Shown here piece by piece: positions 9,096 to 20,528 of a stretch of DNA of 64,000 bases. The stretch is from an uncultured delta proteobacterium (GTDB lineage Bacteria; Desulfobacterota; Binatia; Bin18): the NCBI GenBank assembly GCA_963733195.1, contig CAVTCR010000071.1, positions 1 to 64,000 on the forward strand, in the 5' to 3' direction. The notes beneath the pieces were generated by a model. The model was not told where the DNA came from, made no database searches, and was given only the letters and a program-made list of their open reading frames with translations. The translations under genes and the position numbers were made by a program. Numbering within the stretch: the stretch's first letter is position 1; each line of letters opens with the position of its first letter.

Positions 9096-12000
9096 ATGCA
9101 GGCGGAACAGCTACTTAGCTTTGGTCCCTATCGACTTCGACCTCCACACTGGGCAGCTGTGGCGGGGAAAACAGGAAGTGAGGCTCACGCTGAAAGCCCT
9201 GCCGTGCTCCGCTATCTGCTGGAACGCGGCCGGGCAGGTGGTGACCAAAGACGATCTCTTTGCAGGCGGTGTGGTCCGAGACGGTCGTCAGCGATGCGGC
9301 GCTGACCTCGTGTATTCAAGAACTGCGTCAAGCGTTACACGATGACGCCCGCAAGCCGCGCTACATTGAGACCGTGCACCGGCGCGGGTTTCGCTTCATC
9401 GGGAAAGTAGTCAGTAGTCAGCAATCAGTAGTCAGTAGTCAGCAGTCCAGAGTCCAATTCCCTTCCGACATCCCCTAACCCCCAGTACCCCGCACTCTAC
9501 CCTGGTGGGTCGAGAAGCCGAACTCGCGCAACTCCACGGGTGGTTGGACAAAGCGCTGAGCGGCGAGCGCCAGCTGGTCTTTGTGACCGGTGAGCCGGGG
9601 ATCGGCAAGACCACGCTGGTCGAAGCCTTTCTCAGAGGATCTAGGGATCTGGGGTTAGGGTCTAGTTCCTCACGCCCAAATCAGGCAAGTCAAAACTCCA
9701 GATCCCAAACCCAATCCCCAATCCCTGGCTCCCTGGCTTGGGCGGGGGCAGTGCATCGAACACTACGGGGCAGGCGAAGCGTATCTGCCGATGCTGGAAG
9801 CCTTAGGGCGATTGTGCCGGGAGCCAGATAGGGCAACGTCTGATCGCGCTGTTGCATCAGCACGCGCCGACTTGGCTGGTGCAGATGCCGGCATTGCTCA
9901 GCGACTGCAGAGCTGGAGACGTTGCAGCGCAGGACCCAGGCGTGACGCGAGAACGGATGCTGCGAGAGTTGGCCGAGGCGCTGGAAGTGATCACGGCCGA
10001 GCGGCCGTTGGTTTGGTGCTGGAAGACCTGCACTGGAGTGATGTCTCGACGTTGGACTTGCTCTCCATGCTGGCGCGGCGGCAAGAGCCAGCGCGCTTGC
10101 TGATCATCGGCACGTATCGTCCAGTGGAAGTGTTGACCCGCGACCATCCGCTCAAAGGGATCAAGCAGGAGTTGCAGCTGCATGGGCAGTGTGAGGAACT
10201 GGCGCTGGATTTTCTGAGCGAAGAAGCGGTGGGGAATATCTGACGCATGCGATTTACGCTCGCTCCCTCACCCGCGCTCGATACGCGAGGACGAGCGTGC
10301 GGGGTGAGGGCCTGTTTTCAGCGTCCCTCCACAAGCTGGCCCAGTCATTCACCAACGCACGGATGGCAATCCGCTGTTCATGGTCAACGTGACCAATGAG
10401 CTGGTGGCGCGCGAGGTGATCACCAGACGCGATGGGCAGCTGGGAGATACAAAGCACACTTGCAGACGACAGCATTAGGGTGCCGGAGAATCTCCGCCAA
10501 TTGATCGAGCAACAGCTTGCCCGTGTGAGTCCTGACGAGCGCAAAATCCTGGAAGCGGCGAGTGTGGCTGGAGCAGAGTTCTCCGCTGCAGCGGTGGCGG
10601 CAGGCGTCGAGCAAACTACGGAGACAGTAGAAACACACTGTGAAACTGGTACGCCGGGAACAATTTCTCCGTACCCAAGGAACGAGCGAATGGCCGGATG
10701 GAACAGTGGCGGCACGCTACAGCTTCCTGCATGCGTTGTATCAAGAAGTGCTGTACGAGCGGCTCTCAGCCAGTCGGCGCAGCGGTTACATCAGCAGATT
10801 GGCGAGCGGGAAGAGCAGGCGTACGGCGAGCGAGCCAGAGAGATGCAGCCGAACTGGCGGTGCATTTGAGCGGGGCGAGATACCAAGCGAGCCATCCAGT
10901 ATCTGCAGCAAGCGGGGGAGAATGCGCTCGGCGTTCTGCCTATCAGGAGGCGATCAGCCTGCTCACCAAGGGGCTAGAGTTGCTCAAGACTCTACCCGAC
11001 ACACCGGAGCGCACCCAGCAAGAAATTCAGCCCTGCAACTCGCCCTGAGTGATGCGCTGATCGCTATCAAGGGCTATAGCGGCCCCAGAAGTGGAAAAAA
11101 CTGTACACCCGGGCCCGGGCACTGTGCCAGCAGATCGGGGAGACGCCTCAGCGTCTTCCCGGTGCTGTTGAGACTGTGGTTATTTCTATTTAATCACGGG
11201 GAGTTACAGACGCGCCGTAGAGCTGGCGGAGCAGCTGATGCGTCTGGCCCAGAGCACGCAAGATCCGGTATTCCTCTGGATGGCTCACTATGCACTGGGG
11301 GATATTGTTCTGGCTTGGAGAGTTGACCTCGGCTCGGACACACTTGGAGCAGGCGATTGCCTCTGTATGACCCCAGCAACATCACTCCCTTACTCTCCAT
11401 CACGGCTGACCTGGGGTAGACTGCCTCTGCTATTGCAGCCTGGACCCTGTGGTATCTTGGCTACCCGGACCAAGCCCTGAAGAGAAGTCACGAGGCGCTC
11501 ACCTTGGCCCAGGAGCTGTCTCACCCCTATAGCCTGGCATATGCCTTGCGAATGGGCTGGCAGGTTTCATCATCTCCGCCGGGAGGGGCAAGCAGCCCAA
11601 GAGCGGGCAGAGGCGGCGATAACACTCTGCGACCGAGCAGGGATTTCCGTTCTGGTTGGCGATGGAACGATGTGCGGGGCTGGGCGCTGGCCGAGCAAGG
11701 ACGGAAGAGGGAATGCAGATAATGGGGATTACGCCTGCGGGCCACAAGAGCAGAAGTATCGTGGCCGTATTCTCTTACCTTGCTGGCCGAAGCGTATGGA
11801 AAAGCGGGACAGGTCGAAGAAGGGCTGGGCGTGCTGGCCGAAGCGCTGGCTGTAGACAAAACGGGAGAGCGTTTCCACGAGGCGGAACTGTATCGGCTCA
11901 AAGGCGAGCTCACGCTTGCAGCAGTCTAAGAAGGCAACAGAAGTCAAAAGTCTAAAGCGCAATCCCAATTGGTAACACTCAAGAAGCCGAAGCATGTTTT

Positions 12001-12207
12001 CTCAAAGCCATCGAGATTGCCCGTCAGCAACAAGCCAAGTCGCTGGAACTGCGGGCAACAGTGAGCCTCGCTCGCCTGTGGCAACAACAAGGCAAGCAAG
12101 CCGAAGCTCACAAGATGTTGTCTGAGATTTACAACTGGTTCACCGAAGGGTTTGACACCAAAGACTTGCAAGAGGCGAAGGCACTGCTCGAAGAATTAAG
12201 TAATTGA
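9096..12207 (+). CDS. Winged-helix (OmpR/CadC-type)-AAA-ATPase-TPR STAND transcriptional regulator (multiple frameshifts)
   Basis: SFGPYRL, VWSETVVSDAALTSCIQELRQAL..YIETVHRRGFRF, Walker A GEPGIGKT, Walker B VLEDLHWSD, TPRs and the WFTEGFDT terminus. Confidence 0.88.
9407..9456 (+). repeat. In-frame heptamer tandem repeat (AGTAGTC/AGCAATC) in the interdomain linker
   Basis: gtagtcagtagtcagcaatcagtagtcagtagtcagcagtccagagtcc, read as VVSSQQSVVSSQQS. Confidence 0.85.
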
Positions 12208-12265
12208 ACCGTTGAGCCATCGAGTCATCGGGAGATGACGTCATTGAGAATACTCTGATGAAGCC

Positions 12266-12664
12266 TTATGCTTTCAGTCGCTCTTCCATTGCTGTAAGCC
12301 AAACGTCAAGGAATTCAGCATAGGAAGGGAGGTGGTGGTGAATTTCTTCGGCTAATGATTCGTTATAGGTGTGAACCGTCAGGTTGCGATCGTCAATCAT
12401 TTCTAAGCCGAGAGTTGTTTGCTCATCGGTGAAGAGTCCCACATCACGACTTGCGCGAATGCTGCCTTTGGGAGAGCCGAGGCTGAGACCCTCGACTTCC
12501 TGCAAGTATCGTTGAGCTGCTTTCCAGACCGCCTCACAGGTGTATTCGAAACGTTGAATAGCCGCATCTCGCTCTATCCGAGAGGGAGACTCAACAGCAA
12601 GGACCTCCTGGAGTGTTCCTAAAGCGCGCCGGGCAACCGTTAGACGTTCGTTCAATCGTTCCAC
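12266..12664 (-). CDS. HEPN protein, HI0074/nucleotidyltransferase substrate-binding family
   Basis: RDAAIQRFEYTCE, SPKGSIR and the Rx4H motif RNLTVH. Confidence 0.9.
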   Translation of the reverse strand: MERLNERLTVARRALGTLQEVLAVESPSRIERDAAIQRFEYTCEAVWKAAQRYLQEVEGLSLGSPKGSIRASRDVGLFTDEQTTLGLEMIDDRNLTVHTYNESLAEEIHHHLPSYAEFLDVWLTAMEERLKA

Positions 12665-12981
12665 AACACGCCTTCGGTCAACACCCGTTGTCGAAATTCA
12701 GGAGACGTTCTGGTGAGATCAACTACATCGACACGGTATGGCACGTGACTTTCCTCTAATCGCTCCCTCAGTCGAGCCAGGGTGCCACGGGGAAGGGGAA
12801 CAGATGGATCGATTGCCACATCGATATCCGAAAGGCGCGTCGCTTCTCTCCGAGCCCAAGAACCAAAAAGGTAGACCTTGCCATTTCTCTCCCCTACCGC
12901 GTCAAGAACAATCCGTCGTACTTCCTCAAGGGCTTTCACGGCTCTGGAAGACACTGGAGGTGTTAGCTGGTAATCCTGCAT
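12652..12981 (-). CDS. Minimal nucleotidyltransferase (MNT) antitoxin
   Basis: YLFGSWAR...SDIDVA and VDVVDL; overlaps the HEPN gene. Confidence 0.9.
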   Translation of the reverse strand: MQDYQLTPPVSSRAVKALEEVRRIVLDAVGERNGKVYLFGSWARREATRLSDIDVAIDPSVPLPRGTLARLRERLEESHVPYRVDVVDLTRTSPEFRQRVLTEGVLWND

Positions 12982-13067
12982 TTCTCCTCCCTACCGTACT
13001 TTGGGGTTTCCTCACAAGTCCGTGCGTTGGGAATGTGTCATTGAGGAGAGGGATGTGGTCACTATTT

Positions 13068-13736
13068 TCACCGCACTGGCCGGAGAATCACTTTCTCCAC
13101 GCGACAGGAATCGCGAATGTCAGCTCCGCAGGCCCGTGGATTGAGATCTTTGTCCAAACATACACGAATTTCGCTCAAGAATCGTCCTTTACAAATGAGA
13201 GCAAAGTTCTGTTCGCTGAAGTTGCGATTCGCTGCAACGAAATCTTTCTTCAGTTGGCGCGGTGCAACTGACACCACATTCTTGGGATTCTTATACGGTG
13301 GAGGAATGGTGACCAAGGCATACGCATCTTCTACTTTTTCAAAATACTCCCCCACTGTCAGGCCGCTACAGGTGCCATGCTTTTTCCATTCATGGCGAAT
13401 GAGTTGCTCGCTTGGCATGATTGGCAACATTCGTAGGATCATCTCTTTATTCACTCGCGAGTTGCTACTGCACGATTGCGGATACCCACGCTCGTGCTGT
13501 GGCCACAGCCCATGCACCACGAAACCAAACTGCCTTACACCATTGCACTGAGTCGAGCTTCCACTTCCTGGAGCCCCTGCACAGTACTCAGGAGACCATG
13601 AAAGACTAAAAACGTAGTAATCGAACTTCCCAGCTCGATCGTGAAAGAAATCGCCAAACTGTGCCTCGGCTCGCTCAATCCTTACGATCGCAAGTATTAC
13701 GAGTAGAGCACCACAAACCTGCTTGAACCAGTGCAT
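13068..13736 (-). CDS. Ribonuclease T2 family, exported
   Basis: Signal peptide; YYVFSLSWSPEYC, CAS I VVHGLWP and CAS II HEWKKHGTC. Confidence 0.93.
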   Translation of the reverse strand: MHWFKQVCGALLVILAIVRIERAEAQFGDFFHDRAGKFDYYVFSLSWSPEYCAGAPGSGSSTQCNGVRQFGFVVHGLWPQHERGYPQSCSSNSRVNKEMILRMLPIMPSEQLIRHEWKKHGTCSGLTVGEYFEKVEDAYALVTIPPPYKNPKNVVSVAPRQLKKDFVAANRNFSEQNFALICKGRFLSEIRVCLDKDLNPRACGADIRDSCRVEKVILRPVR

Positions 13737-13839
13737 AAAACCTCCTCCTCATGACCCCTAAACATACGAGAAAGTCTATGGTAGGCAAAAGGATAGGAAA
13801 ACACTCCGCAGGGCTGGAGAGGGAAAAAAAGAGGGAATT

Positions 13840-14409
13840 ATGAGTACAGAACAAGTTCAGGCATCGCTACAGAATAACAAGGAACTGGCAACGCTCGGGG
13901 GCGGTTGTTTTTGGTGCTTAGAAGCCGTCTATCTTGAAATGAAGGGCATCGAAAAGGTGGAATCCGGCTACTGTGGAGGAACAGTACCTAATCCCACATA
14001 CTATCAAATATGTGAGGGCGACACCGGCCACGCCGAAGTTGTACAACTTACCTTTGACCCGCAAGTGGTCTCTTTCAAAGATATTCTCAAGGTCTTTTTT
14101 ACTATTCATGACCCAACGACACTTAATCGCCAAGGCGCAGATGTAGGAACACAGTATCGCTCAGCGATTTTCTATCACAACCAGGAACAAAAAGTGATTG
14201 CTGAAGAAACGATCAAAGAACTCACCGCAGAAAAAATCTGGGACAACCCCATCGTTACCCAGATTGCACCACTCGATATCTTTTATGTGGCTGAAGATTA
14301 TCACCAGGAGTATTTCTCCCGGAACCAATATCAACCGTATTGCCAGTATGTCGTTGCCCCAAAGCTCGCAAAGTTCCGCAAATATTTCGTCGAAAAGCTC
14401 AAACGCTAA
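13840..14409 (+). CDS. msrA: Peptide-methionine (S)-S-oxide reductase
   Basis: GGCFWC, GHAEVVQ, HDPTTLNRQGADVGTQYRS, AEDYHQEY. Confidence 0.97.
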   Translation: MSTEQVQASLQNNKELATLGGGCFWCLEAVYLEMKGIEKVESGYCGGTVPNPTYYQICEGDTGHAEVVQLTFDPQVVSFKDILKVFFTIHDPTTLNRQGADVGTQYRSAIFYHNQEQKVIAEETIKELTAEKIWDNPIVTQIAPLDIFYVAEDYHQEYFSRNQYQPYCQYVVAPKLAKFRKYFVEKLKR

Positions 14410-14428
14410 CTATCAAGGATAAGTGGAT

Positions 14429-14500
14429 AAAAGGGGAAAGGGGAAAAGGAACAAAGAGTTTTCGTCTTCCTTATTCGCCTTTTCCTCTTTCCCCTTTTTT
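14429..14500. terminator. Purine/pyrimidine inverted repeat between convergent genes (probable bidirectional terminator)
   Basis: aaaaggggaaaggggaaaagg ... ccttttcctctttccccttttt. Confidence 0.55.
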
Positions 14501-14934
14501 TATGTGCGTGAAGGTAGCGCAGCCCGAAAGCTGCCTTGGATGGCCACCTCTCCTTTTTGATTGAGGGCTGCCACTTCACCCTCAATAATTTTCTCTCCGT
14601 TCTCGATCGCTTTCTTTGTCACTTTGCCTTTGCAGGTAATGGAGTCGCCGGGCCAGACTCGTGTGGCAAAGCGGACTTTGTATTTACGTAAGTTTTCTAA
14701 TCCCGCGTAATCAGCAACAAGACGGCTCAAAATACCTGCATTGAGCATGCCCATGGCAAAAACCGTCGGAATGCCTGCCGCCTCAACAAACGTCTGGTCG
14801 TAGTGGAGCGGGGTGAAATCGCCAGACGCACCGGCGTATTTGACAAAGTCACCACGGGTTAAGTTTTCGACCGTAAACGGCCGAAGTTCGTCACCCTCTT
14901 TCACATCTTCGAAGTAGAGTTTTGTACGAGCCAT
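14500..14934 (-). CDS. MaoC-like (R)-enoyl-CoA hydratase subunit
   Basis: YAGASGDFTPLHYD hydratase motif; VRFATRVWPGD. Confidence 0.9.
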   Translation of the reverse strand: MARTKLYFEDVKEGDELRPFTVENLTRGDFVKYAGASGDFTPLHYDQTFVEAAGIPTVFAMGMLNAGILSRLVADYAGLENLRKYKVRFATRVWPGDSITCKGKVTKKAIENGEKIIEGEVAALNQKGEVAIQGSFRAALPSRT

Positions 14935-14946
14935 ACCATTCCCTTT

Positions 14947-15402
14947 CTAGCTAGCAACCGCTTGGCCGGTTTCGATAACCGTAAAGCGAACAACCGCGAC
15001 CTTTTCTCCTTTTTGATTGGTGAAGTCGGTATCCATCACCACGAAGGTCATCGTTCCGCCGCGTCCACCGGTTTTCTCGAACACATTTGCAACTTTCGTC
15101 ACCGCCGTGAGCGTGTCCCCAACATAGATCGGCTTGAGGTATTCGAACTCTTGTTCGCCATGGAGAATACGCCGGGTGTCTAATTTGACGTGCGGTTGCC
15201 CTTCCCCGTCGTCCCAATGCGCCAGTGTCATGAGAAACGTCGGTGGTGGCATGATACCGCCGATCTCGACCTTCGCCATTGCCTCATCAGAATAGAGTGG
15301 ATTGCGATCCTTAATGGCTTTGGCAAATTCGCGAACCTTCCCTTCTTCAATTTTCATCACCGTTGGCTTGCCAACTTTACCGATGTCACTTTTATCTGCC
15401 AT
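14947..15402 (-). CDS. MaoC dehydratase N-terminal-type hotdog subunit
   Basis: IEEGKVREFAKAI.D.NPLY, PPTF, LHGEQEFEY. Confidence 0.9.
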   Translation of the reverse strand: MADKSDIGKVGKPTVMKIEEGKVREFAKAIKDRNPLYSDEAMAKVEIGGIMPPPTFLMTLAHWDDGEGQPHVKLDTRRILHGEQEFEYLKPIYVGDTLTAVTKVANVFEKTGGRGGTMTFVVMDTDFTNQKGEKVAVVRFTVIETGQAVAS

Positions 15403-15545
15403 AATTACCTCTCGACGCTGTTACCGATCTCAGCCCAAGCCATCTCAGGGGAAAAGGCGTAAATGGGGAAAAAGCGAAATAGAATAGGAAGCGTTTTCTT
15501 ATCCATTTCGCCCTTTCGCCGTTTCGCCCTTCTTCGCAGCTTCTT

Positions 15546-16698
15546 TCACGCTGCAGGCATCTCCGCTGGTGGTGGCACATCCAACGTATACTGTGCAACC
15601 AACTCTCGGTTCCAGGTTGCATCACCAAACGTGACTTCTGACCCCTTGGCACGCTTGAAGTAGATATGCATATCGTGCTCCCAGGTGAAACCGATACCAC
15701 CATGCACTTGAATACCTTCAGCCGTCACTTGCCGAAACGCATCACTGCAATAAGCCTTGGCCATAGCGGCAGCCAATGATGCTTCGGCAGCATTACTCGA
15801 AACCGCCCACGCAGCATAATAGGTTGCAGACTTGGCACTCTCGACCTGCACTAACATATTGGCGCACTTGTGTTGAATCGCTTGGAACGAACCGATAGGC
15901 CGACCAAACTGCTCGCGAAGCTTGGCATACTCGACCGTCATATCAAGCACTTTTTGTGCACCACCACACATCTCTGTACACAAGGCAACTTTGCTGCGGT
16001 CAATAATCCGTTTCAGCGATTTCCCACCCTCGACACGTCTCCATCGAGCACCGCCTCGGAGCAATTTGGACTTTATCAAACGTCACCTCACAGAGCTTAC
16101 GTGTCTGGTCCATCGTCTTGAGCAAACGCGTACTGACTCCAGCTTGTTGGCGGTCGACTACAAAGAGCGAGATTCCCTCCGCCGTACGCACCGCACAGAC
16201 AATGACATCAGCTACATGGGCATCTGGCACAAACAGTTTGACCCCGGAGAGACTGTAGTTTTTCTTCCCTTTGCGCGCCTTGATATTGATGCCTTTTTCG
16301 TCCCACCGCGCATTCTCCTCAAGAAACGCGAGCGTGGCTTTGGTTTTCCCGGCAGCGATACCAGGCAAATACTTCTGCTTCTGCGCTTCATTGCCAGCTT
16401 CGAGAATCGCCAACCCACCTAAACACGTAGAGGAAAAGAATGGCCCAGGGACAGAGGCTTTTCCCATTTCTTCAAGAACGACGACAAGGTCGACTATCGA
16501 AAGGCCAGCCCCACCGTACTCTTCTGGGTAAATGAGACCAGTCCAGCCCAGCTCAGCCATCTTGTTCCATAGCTCATCAGAATAGCCACGATCGTCCTCC
16601 ATCATCTGGCGAACATAGGTCATCGGACATTCTTTGGCTAAAAAATCAGCCGCGGATTTCCGCAACAGTTCTTGCTCTTCGCTAAATCCAAAATCCAT
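15546..16698 (-). CDS. Acyl-CoA dehydrogenase (frameshifted near 16000-16070)
   Basis: MDFGFSEEQ, PEEYGGAG, REQFGRPIGSFQAIQH, IQVHGGIGFTWEHD. Confidence 0.92.
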
Positions 16699-16909
16699 GA
16701 ATCCCCTCACTTGCAGAAAACTATCAATCAGATGTTAGCTTCCAGCAAAATCAGACCATGAAGGCTTATAACTGGTCCCTCAAAAACAGACAAGGGGTAT
16801 TACGCCTAAAAATCCGCTCTTCATTGGGTTCAGTATCAGATGACAACAACGATTGTCTGTCGTAAAGAATGGCATGGACCAAGATATCAAAGCATAGAGG
16901 AAACTTCTC

Positions 16910-19900
16910 ATGACCTTTGATGAGGTATTGGAACAAGTCCGCGAGCTGTTACAGAGCAAAGGCCGCGTTGCTTATCGTGCGCTGAAACGGCGCTTCGAGT
17001 TGGATGATGAGTATCTGGAAGACCTGAAAGCGGAATTGATCGACGCCGAACACGTGGCTTACGATGAGGATGGGAAAGTGCTGGTCTGGGCAGGCGACCA
17101 CAGTCAAGAGTTAGAGTCCAGAGTGAAGAGTCAAAAAGCAAAGTCCGAGTCCAACAGTCCAAAGTCAGGAAATCCTAGTCCCCAGCCCCTAGCCCCCAGC
17201 CCCGGCAGGCGGAACGTCGGCAACTGACCGTAATGTTCATTGACTTGGTGGGGTCCACAACTCTCTCGCAACAGCTCGATCCCGAGGACTATCATGCCCG
17301 CGTAGTGACCTATCAAGACGCCTGCCGGCGGATCATTGCGCGCTACGAGGGGCATATTGCGCAATATCTGGGCGATGGCGTGCTGGTGTACTTTGGCTAT
17401 CCAACGGCGCATGACGAGGATGCGGTGCGTGCGGTGCGTAGCGGTCTGGAGATCGTGGCGGCCGTGGGCCAACTGGAGTTTACGCCACCCTTACAAGTGC
17501 GGATTGGCATTCATACTGGGCCAGTAGTGGTGGGTGAGATTGGCGCAGGGGAACGCACCGAACGACTGGCGTTGGGTGAGACGCCCAACATCGCCGCCCG
17601 GGTGCAAGGCAATGGCCGAGCCAGACACGGTAATCATGAGTGCCGCAACCTATCGCTTGGTGCACGGCTTGTTTGAGTGCCAAGAATTGGGACTGCAGAC
17701 GCTCAAAGGTATCTCTACTCCTCTCTCTCTGTATCGCATCATCGGAGAGAGCGCCGCACAGAGCCGCTTTGAGGTGGCCATCAGTACCGGCTTGACGCCG
17801 TTCATCGGTCGCGAGCCAGAACTGGGAGTGCTGCGGCAGCACTGGGAGCAGGCCAGAGCTGGTGACGGTCAAGTAGTGCTGGTTAGTGGCGAGCCTGGGA
17901 TTGGCAAATCACGGCTGGTGCAGGAGTTCAAAGAGCAGCTGGGGCGCGAAGGGGTGACACGCCTGGAGTTTCGCTGCTCCCCCTATCATCAGAACAGTGC
18001 GCTGTATCCTATCATCGACCACCTGCAGCGCCTGCTGCAGTTTGCGCGCGAAGATTCTCCAGACGTCAAACTGGAGAAACTCCAACACACGCTCAGCCAC
18101 TATCGCTTCCCGCAAGCAGATACGTTGCCGCTCCTCGCTGCATTACTGTCCTTGCCCCATCCCGCAGGCTACCCGCCGATTACAGTCAGTCCGCAGAAAC
18201 AGAAGGAGAAGACGCAGGCCGCCTTAGTGGCGTGGCTGGTCGAGGAAGCAGCGCAGAACACCGTCTACAACGCCTGGGAAGATCTGCACTGGGCTGATCC
18301 GTCAACACTAGAAGTGCTCACGCTCTTGCTTGACCAAGTACCCACGACGCGGCTGTTGGCAGTGCTGACCTTTCGCCCTGAGTTCACCCCACCCTGGGGC
18401 AATCGGTCGCACCTCAGCCAGCTGACGTTGCGCCGCTTAGTGCGACCACACGTCGAGACGATGGTCGAGCAAGTGACACATGGGAAACCGCTACCGCTGG
18501 AAATATTACAACAGATTGTGAGCAAGACCGACGGCGTGCCATTGTTTGTCGAAGAATTGACCAAGACTATCGTGGAGTCGGGGCTGGTACGAGATGAGGG
18601 CGACCGGTATGTCGGAACGCACGGCAGTGCACCCATCCCGCCGCTGGCGATTCCCTCCACGTTACAGGACTCGTTGATGGCGCGGCTGGATCGCTTGGCA
18701 CCAGTCAAAGAGCTGGCGCAGCTTGGGGCAACGCTGGGGCGGGAATTCTCGTATGAGGTACTCCACGCGGTATCCCCATTAGACGAGGGTAGCTTACAGC
18801 AGGGACTGCGGCAGTTAGTCGAGGCCGAGCTGCTCTACCAGCGCGGGCTGCCGCCGCAGGCAACCTATCTCTTCAAGCATGCGTTGATTCAGGACACCGC
18901 CTACCAATCGTTACTCAAGAGTAAACGCCAGCAATATCACCAGCAGATAGCCCAGGTTTTGGAGGAGCAGTTTCCAGACACACGAGAGACGCAGCCCGAG
19001 CTGGTGGCCCATCACTACACCGAAGCGGGCTCATCAGAGCAAGCCATTCCCTATTGGCAAAGCAGGGGAGCGAGCCACCCAGCGCTCGGCTTATGTGGAA
19101 GCGATTAGCTCACCTCACCAAAGGGCTGGAATTGCTCAAGGCTCTGCCGGACACGCCCGAGCGTGCCCAGCAAGAACTTATCATACAGCTCGCCCTGGGT
19201 ACTCCCTTAATGGCCGTGAAAGGGTTTGCAGCCCCAGAAGTGGAAAAAACTTATGCCCGGGCGCTAGAACTGTGCCAACAGATGGGGGAGACTCCACAGC
19301 TCTTCTCGCGTACTGTATGGACTAGAATATTTTATCATGATGCGGGCGGAGCACAGACGGCGCGGAGCTGGCAAAGCAGCTCCTCGTCTGGCCCAGCATG
19401 TTCAAGACCCCGCAGTCTTCTCGATGCCCAGTCGGCACTGGGGCACATTGTATCTCCTTGGAGAATTTAGCCTCAGCTCGAGAGCACCTGGAGCAAGGGA
19501 TTTCCCTCTATGATCCCCAGACAGCACTCTCGCTCTGGTGTCGATGCGGCTGACCCGGTGTGAGTTGCCTCGCCTATACAGGCTGGGCTCTGTGGTATCT
19601 TGGCTATCCAGACCAGGCCCTAAAGAGGAGCTATGAAGCTCTGACCTTGGCCGAAGAGCTGTCTCACTCTTTAGTCTGGCAATATGCTTTAGACTTTGCT
19701 GCCCAGTTCCATCTGCTCCGTCGGGATGGACAATGGCCCGAGAGCGAGCAGAGGAAGCCATTACTCTCTCGACTGATCAGGGCTTTCCGTACTGGTTAGC
19801 GAATGGTACGCTGCTGCGGGGCTGGGCGTTGGCCGAGCAGGGGCAGGTAGAAGAAGGCATTGCTCAGATGCACCAAGGCTTGGCTGCCTCCCGGGCTATG

Positions 19901-20354
19901 GGAGCAGAATTTGCACTGGATGGTCTTCTTCCCATGTTGGCCGAAGGTATGGGAAAAGCAGGGCAGACAGAGGAAGGATTGACCTGGCTAGCCGAGGCGC
20001 TGATTCGGGTGGACAAAACTGGGGAGCGTTACTATGAGGCGGAGCTGTATCGGCTGAAAGGGGAACTCACCCTTCAGTCCAAAGTCCAAGGTTCAAAGTC
20101 TAGAGTCGAAGAAGAAGAGGCCGAGGGGTATTTTCTCAAGGCCATCGACATCGCACGCAAGCAACAAGCAAAATCACTAGAACTGCGTGCCACGATGAGT
20201 CTCGCCATCGCACTACGGCAAGCAACAGAGGCAACAAAACCAACGAAGCTCACCAATGTTATCCGAGGTCCACAACTGGTTCACCGAAGGGTTTGACACG
20301 CTGGACCTGAAAGAGGCAAAGGCGTTGTTAGAAAGTCTAGAGTCTGGCGTCTAG
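16910..20354 (+). CDS. Adenylate/guanylate cyclase-AAA-ATPase-TPR STAND protein (multiple frameshifts)
   Basis: [31 protein letters not shown], Walker [27 protein letters not shown], TPRs and the [11 protein letters not shown] terminus. Confidence 0.9.
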
Positions 20355-20398
20355 AGTCCAGAGTCAAAACAAGTCAAAAAGGAAGGGGCAAAAGTTTC

Positions 20399-20479
20399 GT
20401 AGCCTGGATGGAGCCCTTCGATCTGCAACTCAGCTCAGGACACTTCGGAATCCCGATTTCCGGATTGCAGCCGGGCTAC
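20399..20479. repeat. GTAG-type REP-like palindrome with a nested second repeat
   Basis: gtagcctggatg ... cagccgggctac ends enclosing cccttcgatctgcaactcagctcaggac; a related motif occurs at ~30233-30292. Confidence 0.6.
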
Positions 20480-20528
20480 CTTGCTGGGTAAGTCAGGAAG
20501 GATCTCTGAGGCACGATGGTTGCTGAGC

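Noticed and set aside
9407-9495. CRISPR array in the short tandem repeats
   Set aside because: Units are 7 nt with no unique spacers, and no cas genes are present.
13068-13736. RNase T2 as part of the HEPN/MNT module
   Set aside because: It has a signal peptide and a typical periplasmic scavenging form; only adjacency links them.
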